This document shows positions 36,501 through 44,988 of a stretch of 64,000 bases of DNA, piece after piece. The stretch spans positions 124,001-188,000 of the IMG/VR virus record IMGVR_UViG_3300033977_000108, one strand, 5' to 3'. The notes beneath the pieces are model-generated. The model was not told the DNA's origin and did not search any database. It was given only the letters and a program-made list of their open reading frames with translations. A program made the translations under genes and the position numbers. The stretch's first letter is position 1, and each line of letters starts with the position of its first letter.

Positions 36501-36597
36501 CCTTACTATGTATCACTGGGTCCTGCTTCTTGGCTGCTTGTTCTCCTGGGAACAAATCAGCCATCAGGGATAGCTGTCCTTTTATCTCCTTCTTCAT
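33547..36597 (-). CDS. Large SNF2-family SF2 helicase with Zn-finger insertion
   Basis: MRQGKT, IVDEVH, GMTGTLMPN, EGVDL, QAWSRV; inserted CPHC, CVNPAC, CREC. Confidence 0.8.
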   Translation of the reverse strand: MKKEIKGQLSLMADLFPGEQAAKKQDPVIHSKAKKQKIIQPLALVEKPSVTLHKGGSRIVISPNDVMSALLLQELHALLIERPDPDKPDDELELQILSDISHRKLTLQSRAWMLIDAELNKHPIARLLESYGLEVNLSTTLGNWLKKEKRRLERENTPYLLPEYKDTRPLFDKVEAGMVLTCKADFVAEPTYVPPEGPTGHSGYQGHAGQHKQAAKELIFQKGERYQVVDTSRSGQDGIVKIFREPIRPNIKLVISGPSVFEWTTFHENATPLETYFAYDERVIYDPKKCVPAKYPELINYYTEKLEVFGDALFDHSHVDVPQMATKDNAADLKPMRQGKTRESAVLTWLWGSDKCAWIGPRNARIFTKKDLDALSKVLPYFGQYVIVDSLADLKKPGKIYLMTYSWIKGGPRQAGRGVDDAGKKDRKARRGYLRFRFTEGKTDVLNEHKCPHCGSTLVWPYVPKLISEDPLTGQKNLLMKMPLEFHKAPVKGHEEAGNFGYMCVNPACVRRYDNRRMRGAAWRSKKIIESKGFELKQTTTTKQLNVWSDLNLKVHRNCDPRAIKGRMCRECGLVDSVWVPPVYRRIKDRFPTVIVDEVHTIKSEGSDVGKAIRTFRGKHHLGMTGTLMPNTPSDAYWPLHWIFKGGSASFPYQGTAGATDFYNEFCEYVVYKRGGLKDSRKMLPYLKNPIKFWELMAPKMVRRSYEDPLVLSSLERLGLHIPKPRMHRVASKMHPLQAALVVSSINQFETEFNTLSQQAAQQHHLVNPAMVISQMSKMRIAATCPEHFNKVLAKMKPPRAPIYHGPPGGGKMDDIKRIVLERTMAGEKIVILSGFIAMRESLAKEFASYNPIVFDGSWNDEERREAFDTFRDDPERHLWIAGTMEIREGVDLSAAKSVICTDLLWQPGLQAQAWSRVMTPTKEERFCDVYLLVMENTVDDHVYNTFYAKVAAAEQALDRKVINVRASALDIRWFVNRVLDDRSHILDFFREAGEDLEITQNLDFGTEELLNERVL

Positions 36598-36782
36598 TCT
36601 ACATCAAGTCCCGGTCTTATGCTGAGCTTAAAACCCAGACCACCGCGGGTCCGGGTAAAGTATAGATAAGCAATGTCCAGCAGCACTCCAACAGCTACGA
36701 CGGCCATCATCCATCCTGATCTCCGTGCCCAAATCAGCGCGGCACCTATCACGCTGCCCTCCTGCGGAAACTTCTTGCCCAC
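36594..36782 (-). CDS. Small membrane protein
   Basis: Hydrophobic helix. Confidence 0.45.
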   Translation of the reverse strand: MGKKFPQEGSVIGAALIWARRSGWMMAVVAVGVLLDIAYLYFTRTRGGLGFKLSIRPGLDVE

Positions 36783-37405
36783 TTATTCTTGGCTTTCCAT
36801 TTCAATTTGGCCGGCCGGGACATGCCTGTCCGGTCATAGAATAGTTTAGCTACATCATAGCCGCTGGACGGCTCGGTCATTGTGCGCTCTATCTCCGGTA
36901 ACGGAAGACCCAGCTCCAGCTGTTGTCCTCTGCCTGCCTTCTTGCATCTGCGCTGCTTATTGGCTATGAAGCCATAGAGTTCATCGCAATAGTCCTCCAC
37001 CAGAGCTTTCCTTTTGCGTTTCATTTTATCTAAGAACTCCGGCAGCTTGCAGAACTCGGCTAATCCTGATAGCTCATAATGTACATCAAAGCATAGCAGC
37101 TTCATTTCGTTATCAGAAAGCTTTTTGCTCTTCGTTGCGCGTTTCTTGCTATAGTAGACAACCTTTCGTGTCCTATCTCCCCAGGAATCAGGGTCGTACG
37201 AGCGGGCCCTGAATAAGTAGCAGTAAGCCTCCCAGAACTCCTGCGGAGTAATCGCATTCCCCAGCCCGAAGCATTGATAGCAATAAGTGGCGTCCTTTAT
37301 CAGCATTAGCCACGGCAGCTTGCTCCGGTCGTAGTTCGCTGGCGCACCTTCAAGCAGGTTCAGTTCTTCCAGTTTAGGTATCGCTGTGCGGGTTTCGTCT
37401 GGCAA
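36749..37405 (-). CDS. Hypothetical protein
   Basis: 218-aa ORF in series. Confidence 0.65.
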   Translation of the reverse strand: MPDETRTAIPKLEELNLLEGAPANYDRSKLPWLMLIKDATYCYQCFGLGNAITPQEFWEAYCYLFRARSYDPDSWGDRTRKVVYYSKKRATKSKKLSDNEMKLLCFDVHYELSGLAEFCKLPEFLDKMKRKRKALVEDYCDELYGFIANKQRRCKKAGRGQQLELGLPLPEIERTMTEPSSGYDVAKLFYDRTGMSRPAKLKWKAKNKWARSFRRRAA

Positions 37406-37697
37406 GGATGTCTTTTTCCTCCTTGGTTAGTTTATTCGTTGAATAAATCCTGAATGGTTCCGGCGGTTTCAAATACAGCCTCATCTTATTGCCCAGTTTC
37501 CTGTAAGTCTTGCGCCGTATGGCCGGCCGGACGACTATCCATCCGAACGGCATCTCGACAGGCTCTCTTCTTATTAGGGCGGCTATCCAGGCATCGCGTA
37601 CAACCTGAACGAATTTCCTGGACTTGCGCTTGGACAGCCCAAGAGTGCTGGCCAGCCATAGCGTCCCCTTGAACTCACTTTTTCCAGTAGTCGGCAA
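37374..37697 (-). CDS. HU/IHF-like DNA-binding protein
   Basis: LA..LGLSKR.....V......I..AL...EPVE.PFG...VRP..R pattern. Confidence 0.65.
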   Translation of the reverse strand: MPTTGKSEFKGTLWLASTLGLSKRKSRKFVQVVRDAWIAALIRREPVEMPFGWIVVRPAIRRKTYRKLGNKMRLYLKPPEPFRIYSTNKLTKEEKDILARRNPHSDT

Positions 37698-38243
37698 TGG
37701 TGACCTCCGTCTCGCCTTTTATAGTTTTGATGGTGTCGTGATAGACGGCATCCATACACCCTTTCACTATGGCCGCCACTGGCTCGGCATGATCTTCTCT
37801 GGCATGTACTATGATTTCATCATGTACGCAGGCGAGTAGATGGGCTTCGTAGATACGGGGCTTCCTTAGGTCTCCACCGTGTAAAGCCAGGCTAATCATA
37901 GACATAGCCCGCTTCAGCATGTCTACGCACTCGCCTTGGATGGGCTGATTGCCAGCCCAGCGGCCTACCTGTGCTCTCTTGGCTTCCTTATCGGGGTCAT
38001 CCTGGTCTATCTTGCGGTAGAACCGCTTCCTGCCGCGCCGTGTGGTAGAATACCAGAACTTCAATGCCATTGCCTTCTGGTCGTCCAGCCACTTACGGAG
38101 TTTGAAGGCTTTGGCGAACCATCTATCAATAAGCTCGCCGGCTTTATCATTGGTCATCCAGGCGGGATTAGGCTCGCCATTGGGCAGGAATTGCTTCTTG
38201 CCGCGATTGGCAAGTGCGGCTACGCGGGGAGCTTTGGCGCCAT
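37675..38243 (-). CDS. polA: DNA polymerase A, C-terminal subunit exon 2
   Basis: N.PIQG...D..K, motif C VHDE; upstream in-frame GAKAPRV completes motif B YG after splicing. Confidence 0.9.
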
Positions 38244-38908
38244 CAATATGTTACGATAGAACCGCATCCGTTCTATCTCTCTATGTTCCCATAGAGTTCA
38301 GACCATATCATTGCCCAATTGCTTGGGCACCAGGCGTTTCGGGAGCGCTGCTCCCTACTCCCTTGCGGGATGGTCGTTGCGCCTTCGGAAGATTATCCTG
38401 GCAGTGATGTTCTCGTCTGTGGCATTTTACGCATAACAACTCAAAGTTGTTATCCGTGTTATTGGTGCGGTCATGGTCTCTATGGTGAACATTCCATTGG
38501 GCATGGCTCGCATCCTGCAGGTCCTTGCCGCAGCGTTCGCAATAACGTCGCTCTGCCTTTATTTGACGTCTTCTTCGCATAAAGTAGCGTATGCCTGTCT
38601 TATATTGCGAATCATCCTGCCCGATATCATTGGTACCGCCACTCCCTACATTTATTATGTGCCCCTGCCTTAATCTATACGCCTTCATTACTCGTCTCAT
38701 TGTCTCTCTTTTATTGTCTTCTTTACAGAGCACGCAGACTTTCTGAGCCGGGCCTGTTGGCGTATAGCTTTTGTAGCATCTGATACATATTCTCGTAGGA
38801 AACGATACCATAAATCCTCCGCTTGGTTCAGGATTGTCCGTTCCGGACTTCCCCTGAGTTAACCTGGTTCTTCTATGCTTATTATAGCGTAGCCTCGTGT
38901 TTGAAAAC
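38244..38908 (-). mobile_element. Group I intron (IA-like) carrying an HNH endonuclease
   Basis: P1 with U.G splice pair; P AACTCAGGGGAA, Q AATCCTGAACCAAGC, R GCGCAACGACCA, S GATATGGTCTGAAC (P7 GACCA/TGGTC); terminal G at 38244. Confidence 0.9.
38308..38811 (-). CDS. Intron-encoded HNH homing endonuclease
   Basis: CERCG...VHHRDHDRTNN...NFELLCVKCHRREH; own GGAGG RBS. Confidence 0.9.
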   Translation of the reverse strand: MVSFPTRICIRCYKSYTPTGPAQKVCVLCKEDNKRETMRRVMKAYRLRQGHIINVGSGGTNDIGQDDSQYKTGIRYFMRRRRQIKAERRYCERCGKDLQDASHAQWNVHHRDHDRTNNTDNNFELLCVKCHRREHHCQDNLPKAQRPSRKGVGSSAPETPGAQAIGQ

Positions 38909-39287
38909 AAGGGACGCCAAATGTGATGTTCTTCGTCTGGCTCCGCAGCGTGACGAATTGGGCATGATCGGGATGGCTTTCGTCCTTATAGGCTTTGTAG
39001 AAGATGTCATAGCCAATACCTTCTATGTCGCTGGTCATAAAGCAATGGATGTCCTTATCCGAGTTCAGCGCATTAGTTAGCCAGGTGTCTCTTGAACAAT
39101 CAGCCATACTCTTGATTTCTATCTGTGAATAGTCGGCATCCAGTATCTTCCATCCTGGCGCCGCGCGTATTGCTTCCCTGGTGCTGGGCACCCGCCAATA
39201 GATGGCATACCTGCCATTCTGGCGGGGGCCTTCAAGCCAGAACTCTTTCTTGCCTATGTTCCCGAGATACTTGCTTGGTGCTGCCAA
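38909..39287 (-). CDS. polA: DNA polymerase A, C-terminal subunit exon 1
   Basis: REAIRAAPGWKILDADYSQIE (motif A), DIH, RSQTKNITFGVP (motif B start). Confidence 0.9.
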
Positions 39288-39538
39288 AGCGCCTCCCTGT
39301 CATACTTATAAACAAACTTCGCGCGCTCTACCCGGAACGGACCTACTTCGGCGAACTTGAGTTTGGGATCCAGTTCCAATTGGCGCTCCAGGCCGGTGAA
39401 GACAGCTTCGAGTTCCTTGCTCGTCGGCAGTGGCACAACTTTCTTCCCTGTGTGGTATATCACACGCCAGTTCTCCTCTTGGAGCCACACAAGGATGTAG
39501 TTCACGCACACCTTTTTCCTTCGGTACGTTTGTTTCAC
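39254..39538 (-). CDS. Hypothetical protein inside the polA split
   Basis: Coupled ORF. Confidence 0.6.
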   Translation of the reverse strand: MKQTYRRKKVCVNYILVWLQEENWRVIYHTGKKVVPLPTSKELEAVFTGLERQLELDPKLKFAEVGPFRVERAKFVYKYDREALWQHQASISGT

Positions 39539-39771
39539 TAATCCTCTTCTGGTAGAAGCTCTCGTAATCTATCGCAGGCGGCGTCCCAACGATTTACATC
39601 GGCCTGTAGGGTGGCCTTTTGCTTGGCCACAATGGTGGAGGCATCAAGCCCCTGGCTTAGATTGAATACTACATTGCTGAGGAAGGTACCAGCTAATCCT
39701 ACTTCGCTAATAGCCTTCCTCAATCTGGGAGGAATACTGTGGACTTTATAAGCTTTATTCTGTTGGGGCAT
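39538..39771 (-). CDS. Hypothetical protein inside the polA split
   Basis: Start refined to MPQQNK. Confidence 0.55.
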   Translation of the reverse strand: MPQQNKAYKVHSIPPRLRKAISEVGLAGTFLSNVVFNLSQGLDASTIVAKQKATLQADVNRWDAACDRLRELLPEED

Positions 39772-40255
39772 CTTTCTTCTTGCCTGCCGGCGACCCAAAT
39801 CCGACATGGCGTTCCTCCGTTTCGTTGTCGTCCTCAGTCTCAAAGAACCGGGTCAGGTCTCCTGAGCCACTGGCGACTGCTTCCATGTGGGCCTTCTCGG
39901 CTCTCATCATGTTGCGCTGATCGCGCCGCGTAAAGATAGACTCCAGCACTACTTGTCCTGTCTCATTTCTAAAGGGCATCCACTGCAGTTCCTGGGCAAC
40001 CAGTGGGAAAACGCCAGCTGCCTGCTCCAGGAATTCCGTTTGCAGTTTCACTGATTTGGCGGACGCCGCCAGTGCTTCAGAGCCAATCACCTGTGCATCG
40101 CGAAAGGCTCTATCAGCTGCACGCGCCGTCTTTACTTCCAGGTCTCTGGCTATCTCCAGGTCGGCGAATAAATGTAGCAGCTTCTCTTTCTGTTCTAATT
40201 CCTTTATGTCATCCACGATTAGTTGGATGATCTTGAATGTTCGCTTAATTGCCAT
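39755..40255 (-). CDS. Helical hypothetical protein inside the polA split
   Basis: 166-aa ORF overlapping the polA-N stop. Confidence 0.65.
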   Translation of the reverse strand: MAIKRTFKIIQLIVDDIKELEQKEKLLHLFADLEIARDLEVKTARAADRAFRDAQVIGSEALAASAKSVKLQTEFLEQAAGVFPLVAQELQWMPFRNETGQVVLESIFTRRDQRNMMRAEKAHMEAVASGSGDLTRFFETEDDNETEERHVGFGSPAGKKKDAPTE

Positions 40256-41624
40256 AGGGTTCTAACTCCAATCCTTTCAGCGCGTTGGCGCCAAGTGTCT
40301 CTACGACTTTGAGTTCTTCATCGGTAGGTTGCTCCCTGACATCCTCAGGTCTTGGTATCTGTTGAATGTCAGAGGCATACCTTCCTGTGGAGGTGCCTCG
40401 TCCTATTTGCCTCTTTGCCGTCGGCGTATCCCCAGAGCCCATTTGTTCCATGTGGGGTATCAGGGTGCCTAGAACGGGGTGCCGCTTATCCAGCAAGTTC
40501 TGTCCGTAGGTGGATGTTATCTTCTGGCATTCCGTGTATTCAGCCAGCAGTTGGGCTATTTCACTGTCCAGGGCGGCAAGGGTCTCCCTCTTTACATCCT
40601 TCAACTTTATGCCCATCAGTTCCAGGGCTTCCAGCTTTTGGGAGGGCGAGTCAAGGTCAAAGCTGTCTACTACCGGCATTATCGTCAATTGCTTTCGGCC
40701 TTTTAGGTTCAGGGCGTCGTTGTATAACTTGGTTACCGCCTCTTCTATTTCCTTCTGGCGCCGGACATAAGGAAGAATAGACAGCATTAGGATGTCCTCG
40801 TCCAGGCGTATGCCTGTTGCTGTTGCTCGCTCACGGTATTCCTTTTCTACGACGCCTTCCATCTCGGCTGTAACATGTATCTGTAGGAATTCGTCTCTGG
40901 CGGCTCTGCCAAGGTTCCATTGGGAGAGTGCCTTTGTCTGCGCTTCATAGATGGGGAACAACAGGAAGACATCGCGCGCGGCATAATAGAGCATCTCTTT
41001 GGTGAATTTTCCAATGGCAGCAAAGTTAGCGAAGGAATCCCTTACCGTCTTGGTGATTATATAATGGGGTGGGTATTTCATTGCCAGGTCTTTGATGCTT
41101 ACTCTTACGCCCGGGTAGCCGGCGGTGATAAGCTGCTCCGCCAACATAGTATCAAATAGCCTGCAAGTAGAGCCTCCCAACCGGATATTGTATTTCTGCA
41201 GCGCGAACTCATAGTCAAAGACAAGGTTCTGGCCTATCAATAAGGCCTTGTCGTTGCCTATCCTGGGCTCCAGGAATAAAGCTAACCCTGGGTCTATCAA
41301 GTAGATACATTCCGGTACGCCCCATTGAAGCAGGACTACTTCTGATGTGGCACCCAAAGGATCCAGGCCTTCTTTACCACCTGCCCCGCTGGTTTCACTA
41401 TCGTAGCCGTGGATAGAAAACCGGTCCATGTATTTGAAGATAGGGTCAAGATCCGTCGGCGAGTTGACAAGCAATAAGTGGTCGGACTCTACGACGCCCG
41501 GGTCAAAGTACTTGTCAAACCAATCCGGGCTGCCTATTACTTGATAGTTTATCTCTATCTTGCTCTCATAAGCAGCCACGTTTTCAAAGCCGGTGAGCTT
41601 CTTGTAGCTTTTGAAGCCTCTCAT
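40245..41624 (-). CDS. polA: DNA polymerase A, N-terminal subunit (3'-5' exonuclease + thumb)
   Basis: ExoI YDSET, ExoII NLVFD, ExoIII YAARD, LDSP.Q, TGR...QQIPR; lacks motifs A-C. Confidence 0.9.
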   Translation of the reverse strand: MRGFKSYKKLTGFENVAAYESKIEINYQVIGSPDWFDKYFDPGVVESDHLLLVNSPTDLDPIFKYMDRFSIHGYDSETSGAGGKEGLDPLGATSEVVLLQWGVPECIYLIDPGLALFLEPRIGNDKALLIGQNLVFDYEFALQKYNIRLGGSTCRLFDTMLAEQLITAGYPGVRVSIKDLAMKYPPHYIITKTVRDSFANFAAIGKFTKEMLYYAARDVFLLFPIYEAQTKALSQWNLGRAARDEFLQIHVTAEMEGVVEKEYRERATATGIRLDEDILMLSILPYVRRQKEIEEAVTKLYNDALNLKGRKQLTIMPVVDSFDLDSPSQKLEALELMGIKLKDVKRETLAALDSEIAQLLAEYTECQKITSTYGQNLLDKRHPVLGTLIPHMEQMGSGDTPTAKRQIGRGTSTGRYASDIQQIPRPEDVREQPTDEELKVVETLGANALKGLELEPYGN

Positions 41625-42130
41625 CTTTTGGACCTCCGCTTCTTTGATTTCGCTTTCTTGGACTTTTTGTAGCCTTCATAGTCCCACCCAAGAAATGTCT
41701 GCAGGTTCTTATACTCATAATCGGATAATGGCTCGGCTATCTTCATCGGGTCGTCGCTGATTTGGTCAGGCATGTCATTCAGTTCGGTGGGTCGGAGACC
41801 CATCTTGATGAGGGCTGCTGTGAAGATGTAGGCAATGGCATTCCACGCCAACTGGGAGGCGTGAGGTTCATTGCGTCGGCCGCATTTGAGCTTGGCCAAA
41901 TGGCGCTCCATTGAATCAATGTATTGGCTCAACGGCATGCCTTTCTCCCAGTTTCTAGCGTCATATTTAAGGGCACCGTCTTCCCAGATGCGGGAAATCA
42001 TAAGTACTACCCAACCTGGTACAAGGTGCGGTGCGCCTTTGCCATACTGCATGTCTCGTTGGGCGCCTGTATTCCATACTTTCCTGATGCCTGAGTCTTC
42101 AAGGGCGTCTTGTTTCTTTGATTTCTTCAT
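41621..42130 (-). CDS. dATP/dGTP diphosphohydrolase-domain (DUF5664-like) protein
   Basis: TGAQRD...G....GALKY..RNWEKGMP......S..RH...H...AWN. Confidence 0.8.
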   Translation of the reverse strand: MKKSKKQDALEDSGIRKVWNTGAQRDMQYGKGAPHLVPGWVVLMISRIWEDGALKYDARNWEKGMPLSQYIDSMERHLAKLKCGRRNEPHASQLAWNAIAYIFTAALIKMGLRPTELNDMPDQISDDPMKIAEPLSDYEYKNLQTFLGWDYEGYKKSKKAKSKKRRSKR

Positions 42131-42708
42131 ATTACCCTTTCTGGGAATAGCTCACAGACTTCCATAGCAAGCTTTGATGGCCGTTTTTTGCCGCGCCTCT
42201 TGGTGGCGGCTCCCGATTTGATAAAGAGATTGCGGGCATTGAACTCGTTCTTTACCCCGCTGATTGTGTTAGCTGGTTGATTGGCATCCATCCACGCATC
42301 CCAATCTATCACCACCGGCAGGGCTGCATCATTGCGTGCATCGTAGATGAAGAAGTTCCATCTTGGATACAGCCCTTTCCAATACCCTATACTCTCATAA
42401 GCGCTATCTTTGCCATCAATTATGTGTGGATCTGTACCAGAGTTGCCGGGGGTGCAATCGGATGACCAGAAGAATTGCGTGCGCCAAGGTAGCACCTCCA
42501 TGCTAAAAGAATGCCCTACGGGGCCATACCATTGAGTATCTCCTGGCTTCTTTATCAGGACTATATAGCCTGCTAGCTTCTTTAGCTTTTCATTGCGGGT
42601 TTCCTTCTCTTTGTCAGTCATTATTCCTCCGCTGATCATATAACACTGTGCGGCTCGGCAGTACAGCCGATACCATTTCTCTGATGTTTCATGCCCCTGT
42701 GCTGCCAT
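42127..42708 (-). CDS. Hypothetical protein (start uncertain)
   Basis: ORF in series. Confidence 0.6.
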   Translation of the reverse strand: MAAQGHETSEKWYRLYCRAAQCYMISGGIMTDKEKETRNEKLKKLAGYIVLIKKPGDTQWYGPVGHSFSMEVLPWRTQFFWSSDCTPGNSGTDPHIIDGKDSAYESIGYWKGLYPRWNFFIYDARNDAALPVVIDWDAWMDANQPANTISGVKNEFNARNLFIKSGAATKRRGKKRPSKLAMEVCELFPERVI

Positions 42709-43129
42709 GGCCTTTATCTCCTCTGTCCGATGGTGAGAGCTCGGCTACCGGAACAATATCGCCGTCAAATACTGGGATAGGTACTATCTGTGCTATGCGA
42801 GTGCCTGGGTTCAGATATACCCATGCGTCGGAGAAGTTCAACAAGTCTATCAGTATCTCTCCGCGGTATCCGTTATCAACCACGCCGGCGACAACAGCAA
42901 TCCCATATTTATGCGGTCCGCTGCTTCTATCTCGTACCAAGCCGCCCCAGCCCACTGGGAATTCCATGGCTATGTTAGTATGCGCCAAGGCAGTCTCGTG
43001 TGGAGGTATGATTACTTCTTCTGACAAAGTAAGGTCAAATCCTAGGTCTCCTTTGTATGATCTTGCGGGAAGGAAGGCATAGGTTTGTTCTTCGTCCGTT
43101 CCTGTAAACTTGACCTTAATGTTTAGCAT
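42689..43129 (-). CDS. dut: Trimeric dUTPase
   Basis: G.DL, RSS, GVVD.GYRGEI, RIAQ, RG..G.GSTG. Confidence 0.92.
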   Translation of the reverse strand: MLNIKVKFTGTDEEQTYAFLPARSYKGDLGFDLTLSEEVIIPPHETALAHTNIAMEFPVGWGGLVRDRSSGPHKYGIAVVAGVVDNGYRGEILIDLLNFSDAWVYLNPGTRIAQIVPIPVFDGDIVPVAELSPSDRGDKGHGSTGA

Positions 43130-43131
43130 TT

Positions 43132-43914
43132 TTATCCTTTCGGAACGATATCTTCGTATTTTCTCCATCGGCGGGCGCCGCTGGAATAGGTAACATAGCA
43201 GGACTCTCTTTCTAGTACAAACCCTAATTCCAGCCCAAGGCGGCAATAAAGTGCCCCTTTTGGCCAGTTATAAGAGCTTTGATAGTGCCGGTTTATTGAT
43301 TTTGGGTCATACAAGGCATCAAATCTCTCCTCGAACCATTCCCAATGGGTACCGGGTACGGTAACCAATGCTACACGGCCGCTAACGAAAACGGAAGCGC
43401 CACTGGATTTCAAACTTGCTGGTATGTGGACCGACTCGTAGCCGTGCTTGTCAATTTCCCAGTCCCCATAGGCATAGCGGCGTACAATGGCGGGCAGTTG
43501 ATTTGGATGATAGTTTTTCTGCCTCTCGCGTCGCAGCAACTCTGCGGTAATTGCTTGTCGCATGAGATCCACAAAGCACAGCTTGCCGGTAGTGAGAGTA
43601 TACTCTCCGTTTAGAATCTCTCTGGCCTTTGATAGAGCATTGTAATACCTATGCCCGGCCTTTTCGCCCCAGCCATCTTTCAGCCGTTGGCCCAATTCGT
43701 CGTCGGTCTTGCCCTCCATGAACTTCAAATAGCGCGTCAATTTGTATCGGTTCTTATTCGGGTCGGGATAGACCTTGACTTCATGTGTTTCTTCCTCTAT
43801 TGTATCTATGAGCCCATGTATCTGTCCAATAGCACTATTGAAGTCTTGTGGCACATCCAAATTTGGGAGCCAATCAGTCGCTGGTTCTATAGGTTCCCTA
43901 TCATCGCCGGCCAT
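43132..43914 (-). CDS. Hypothetical protein
   Basis: 260-aa ORF. Confidence 0.65.
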   Translation of the reverse strand: MAGDDREPIEPATDWLPNLDVPQDFNSAIGQIHGLIDTIEEETHEVKVYPDPNKNRYKLTRYLKFMEGKTDDELGQRLKDGWGEKAGHRYYNALSKAREILNGEYTLTTGKLCFVDLMRQAITAELLRRERQKNYHPNQLPAIVRRYAYGDWEIDKHGYESVHIPASLKSSGASVFVSGRVALVTVPGTHWEWFEERFDALYDPKSINRHYQSSYNWPKGALYCRLGLELGFVLERESCYVTYSSGARRWRKYEDIVPKG

Positions 43915-44987
43915 AATACCTCCTTTGTTGTCTGAATAATCAAGTCATTGATGAGCTTGAAGTCCGGGCTCTCCGGCACCGCGAAGTCCTTGATTTCATT
44001 GATTTTATTTATCATTTCATCGGCGTAATCTACAGCCTTTTCGTAAGACCAGGTACCTTGGCGTATGCTAAGGAGCTCTTGGGCATCCGGCCGGCGGACA
44101 AGGAGTTTGCCTTCAGTCAGGATTTCATAGCCGGTGCGGAGCAGACGGATAAGATGGGCGGCATGCCTTGTATCGTATCCGAACTTGACCTCTGATTCGT
44201 GTCTCTTTGGATCTCGGCGGGCCATCCATTCAGTGTATTGCTGCCGCTTCTTCTTGGCCTCCTTGAACTTCAGCTCGTCGAAGACCAAGCACTTTCCGTT
44301 CAGGTACTCCTTCTCTCTGAAGAACATCATTGATCTCTCATCTGGCTCGGCGAGGCCTGTATCTTCCATCTGGCTTAGATAGGCATCCATAGGCTCTGTC
44401 TTTGGTTGCTGCCTCCAGGATAGATAGCAGTCCAAGCTTGTTGAAGGGAGTTGCATCTTTGAAGCGAACTCATTCTCCATGCGTTCCACCACATTACTGC
44501 CAAAGCGCCATTGTACCCATTCTCTACACACCTTCTCATTTATTACCAATGGCCATAGTATTTCCATCGCTCGCAGCTCTTGGCTTATCCATCTCTTGTG
44601 ATTATGTATCCTATGAAGCTGGGCAGAAGCATATCCGACATAGGTTTTGGCGCATCTCTGGGATAGGAAAGCATCCCTATGGTGTATAAGTGGCGCGAAT
44701 TCAAGCCGGCACAATAGAATATCCTCGGGATCTACAAACAACATCTCCAAGACATTCGGGTTGTTGGCGATTGCCAAATGGGCAAATTGTCGGAGCGAAT
44801 AGTAGGCGCAATCTTCATCATTCTTGGTGTCAAGTATATCAAAGGCTCTCAGGCCGAGGAAGTATTCCTCCGGCGGAATGAAAATGCCACGATAGTCATA
44901 GTCGGATTCCGGTGTACTGAAACCGTAAGCCCTACTACCTGATAGTATTTTGTAGATAAGATGCTTTTCAGCCAGTCCTTTGTCCAC
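43887..44987 (-). CDS. Pol-beta-superfamily nucleotidyltransferase (RlaP-like)
   Basis: GSRAYG..TPESDYDYRG.F, NPN.LE.LF, YD...A.H..RLL. Confidence 0.85.
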   Translation of the reverse strand: MDKGLAEKHLIYKILSGSRAYGFSTPESDYDYRGIFIPPEEYFLGLRAFDILDTKNDEDCAYYSLRQFAHLAIANNPNVLEMLFVDPEDILLCRLEFAPLIHHRDAFLSQRCAKTYVGYASAQLHRIHNHKRWISQELRAMEILWPLVINEKVCREWVQWRFGSNVVERMENEFASKMQLPSTSLDCYLSWRQQPKTEPMDAYLSQMEDTGLAEPDERSMMFFREKEYLNGKCLVFDELKFKEAKKKRQQYTEWMARRDPKRHESEVKFGYDTRHAAHLIRLLRTGYEILTEGKLLVRRPDAQELLSIRQGTWSYEKAVDYADEMINKINEIKDFAVPESPDFKLINDLIIQTTKEVLWPAMIGNL

Positions 44988-44988
44988 G

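Noticed and set aside
39288-40244. A second intron or split intein explaining the polA break
   Set aside because: No P/Q/R/S elements, group II domain V, or intein terminal residues seen. Not formally excluded without covariance-model search or RNA data.
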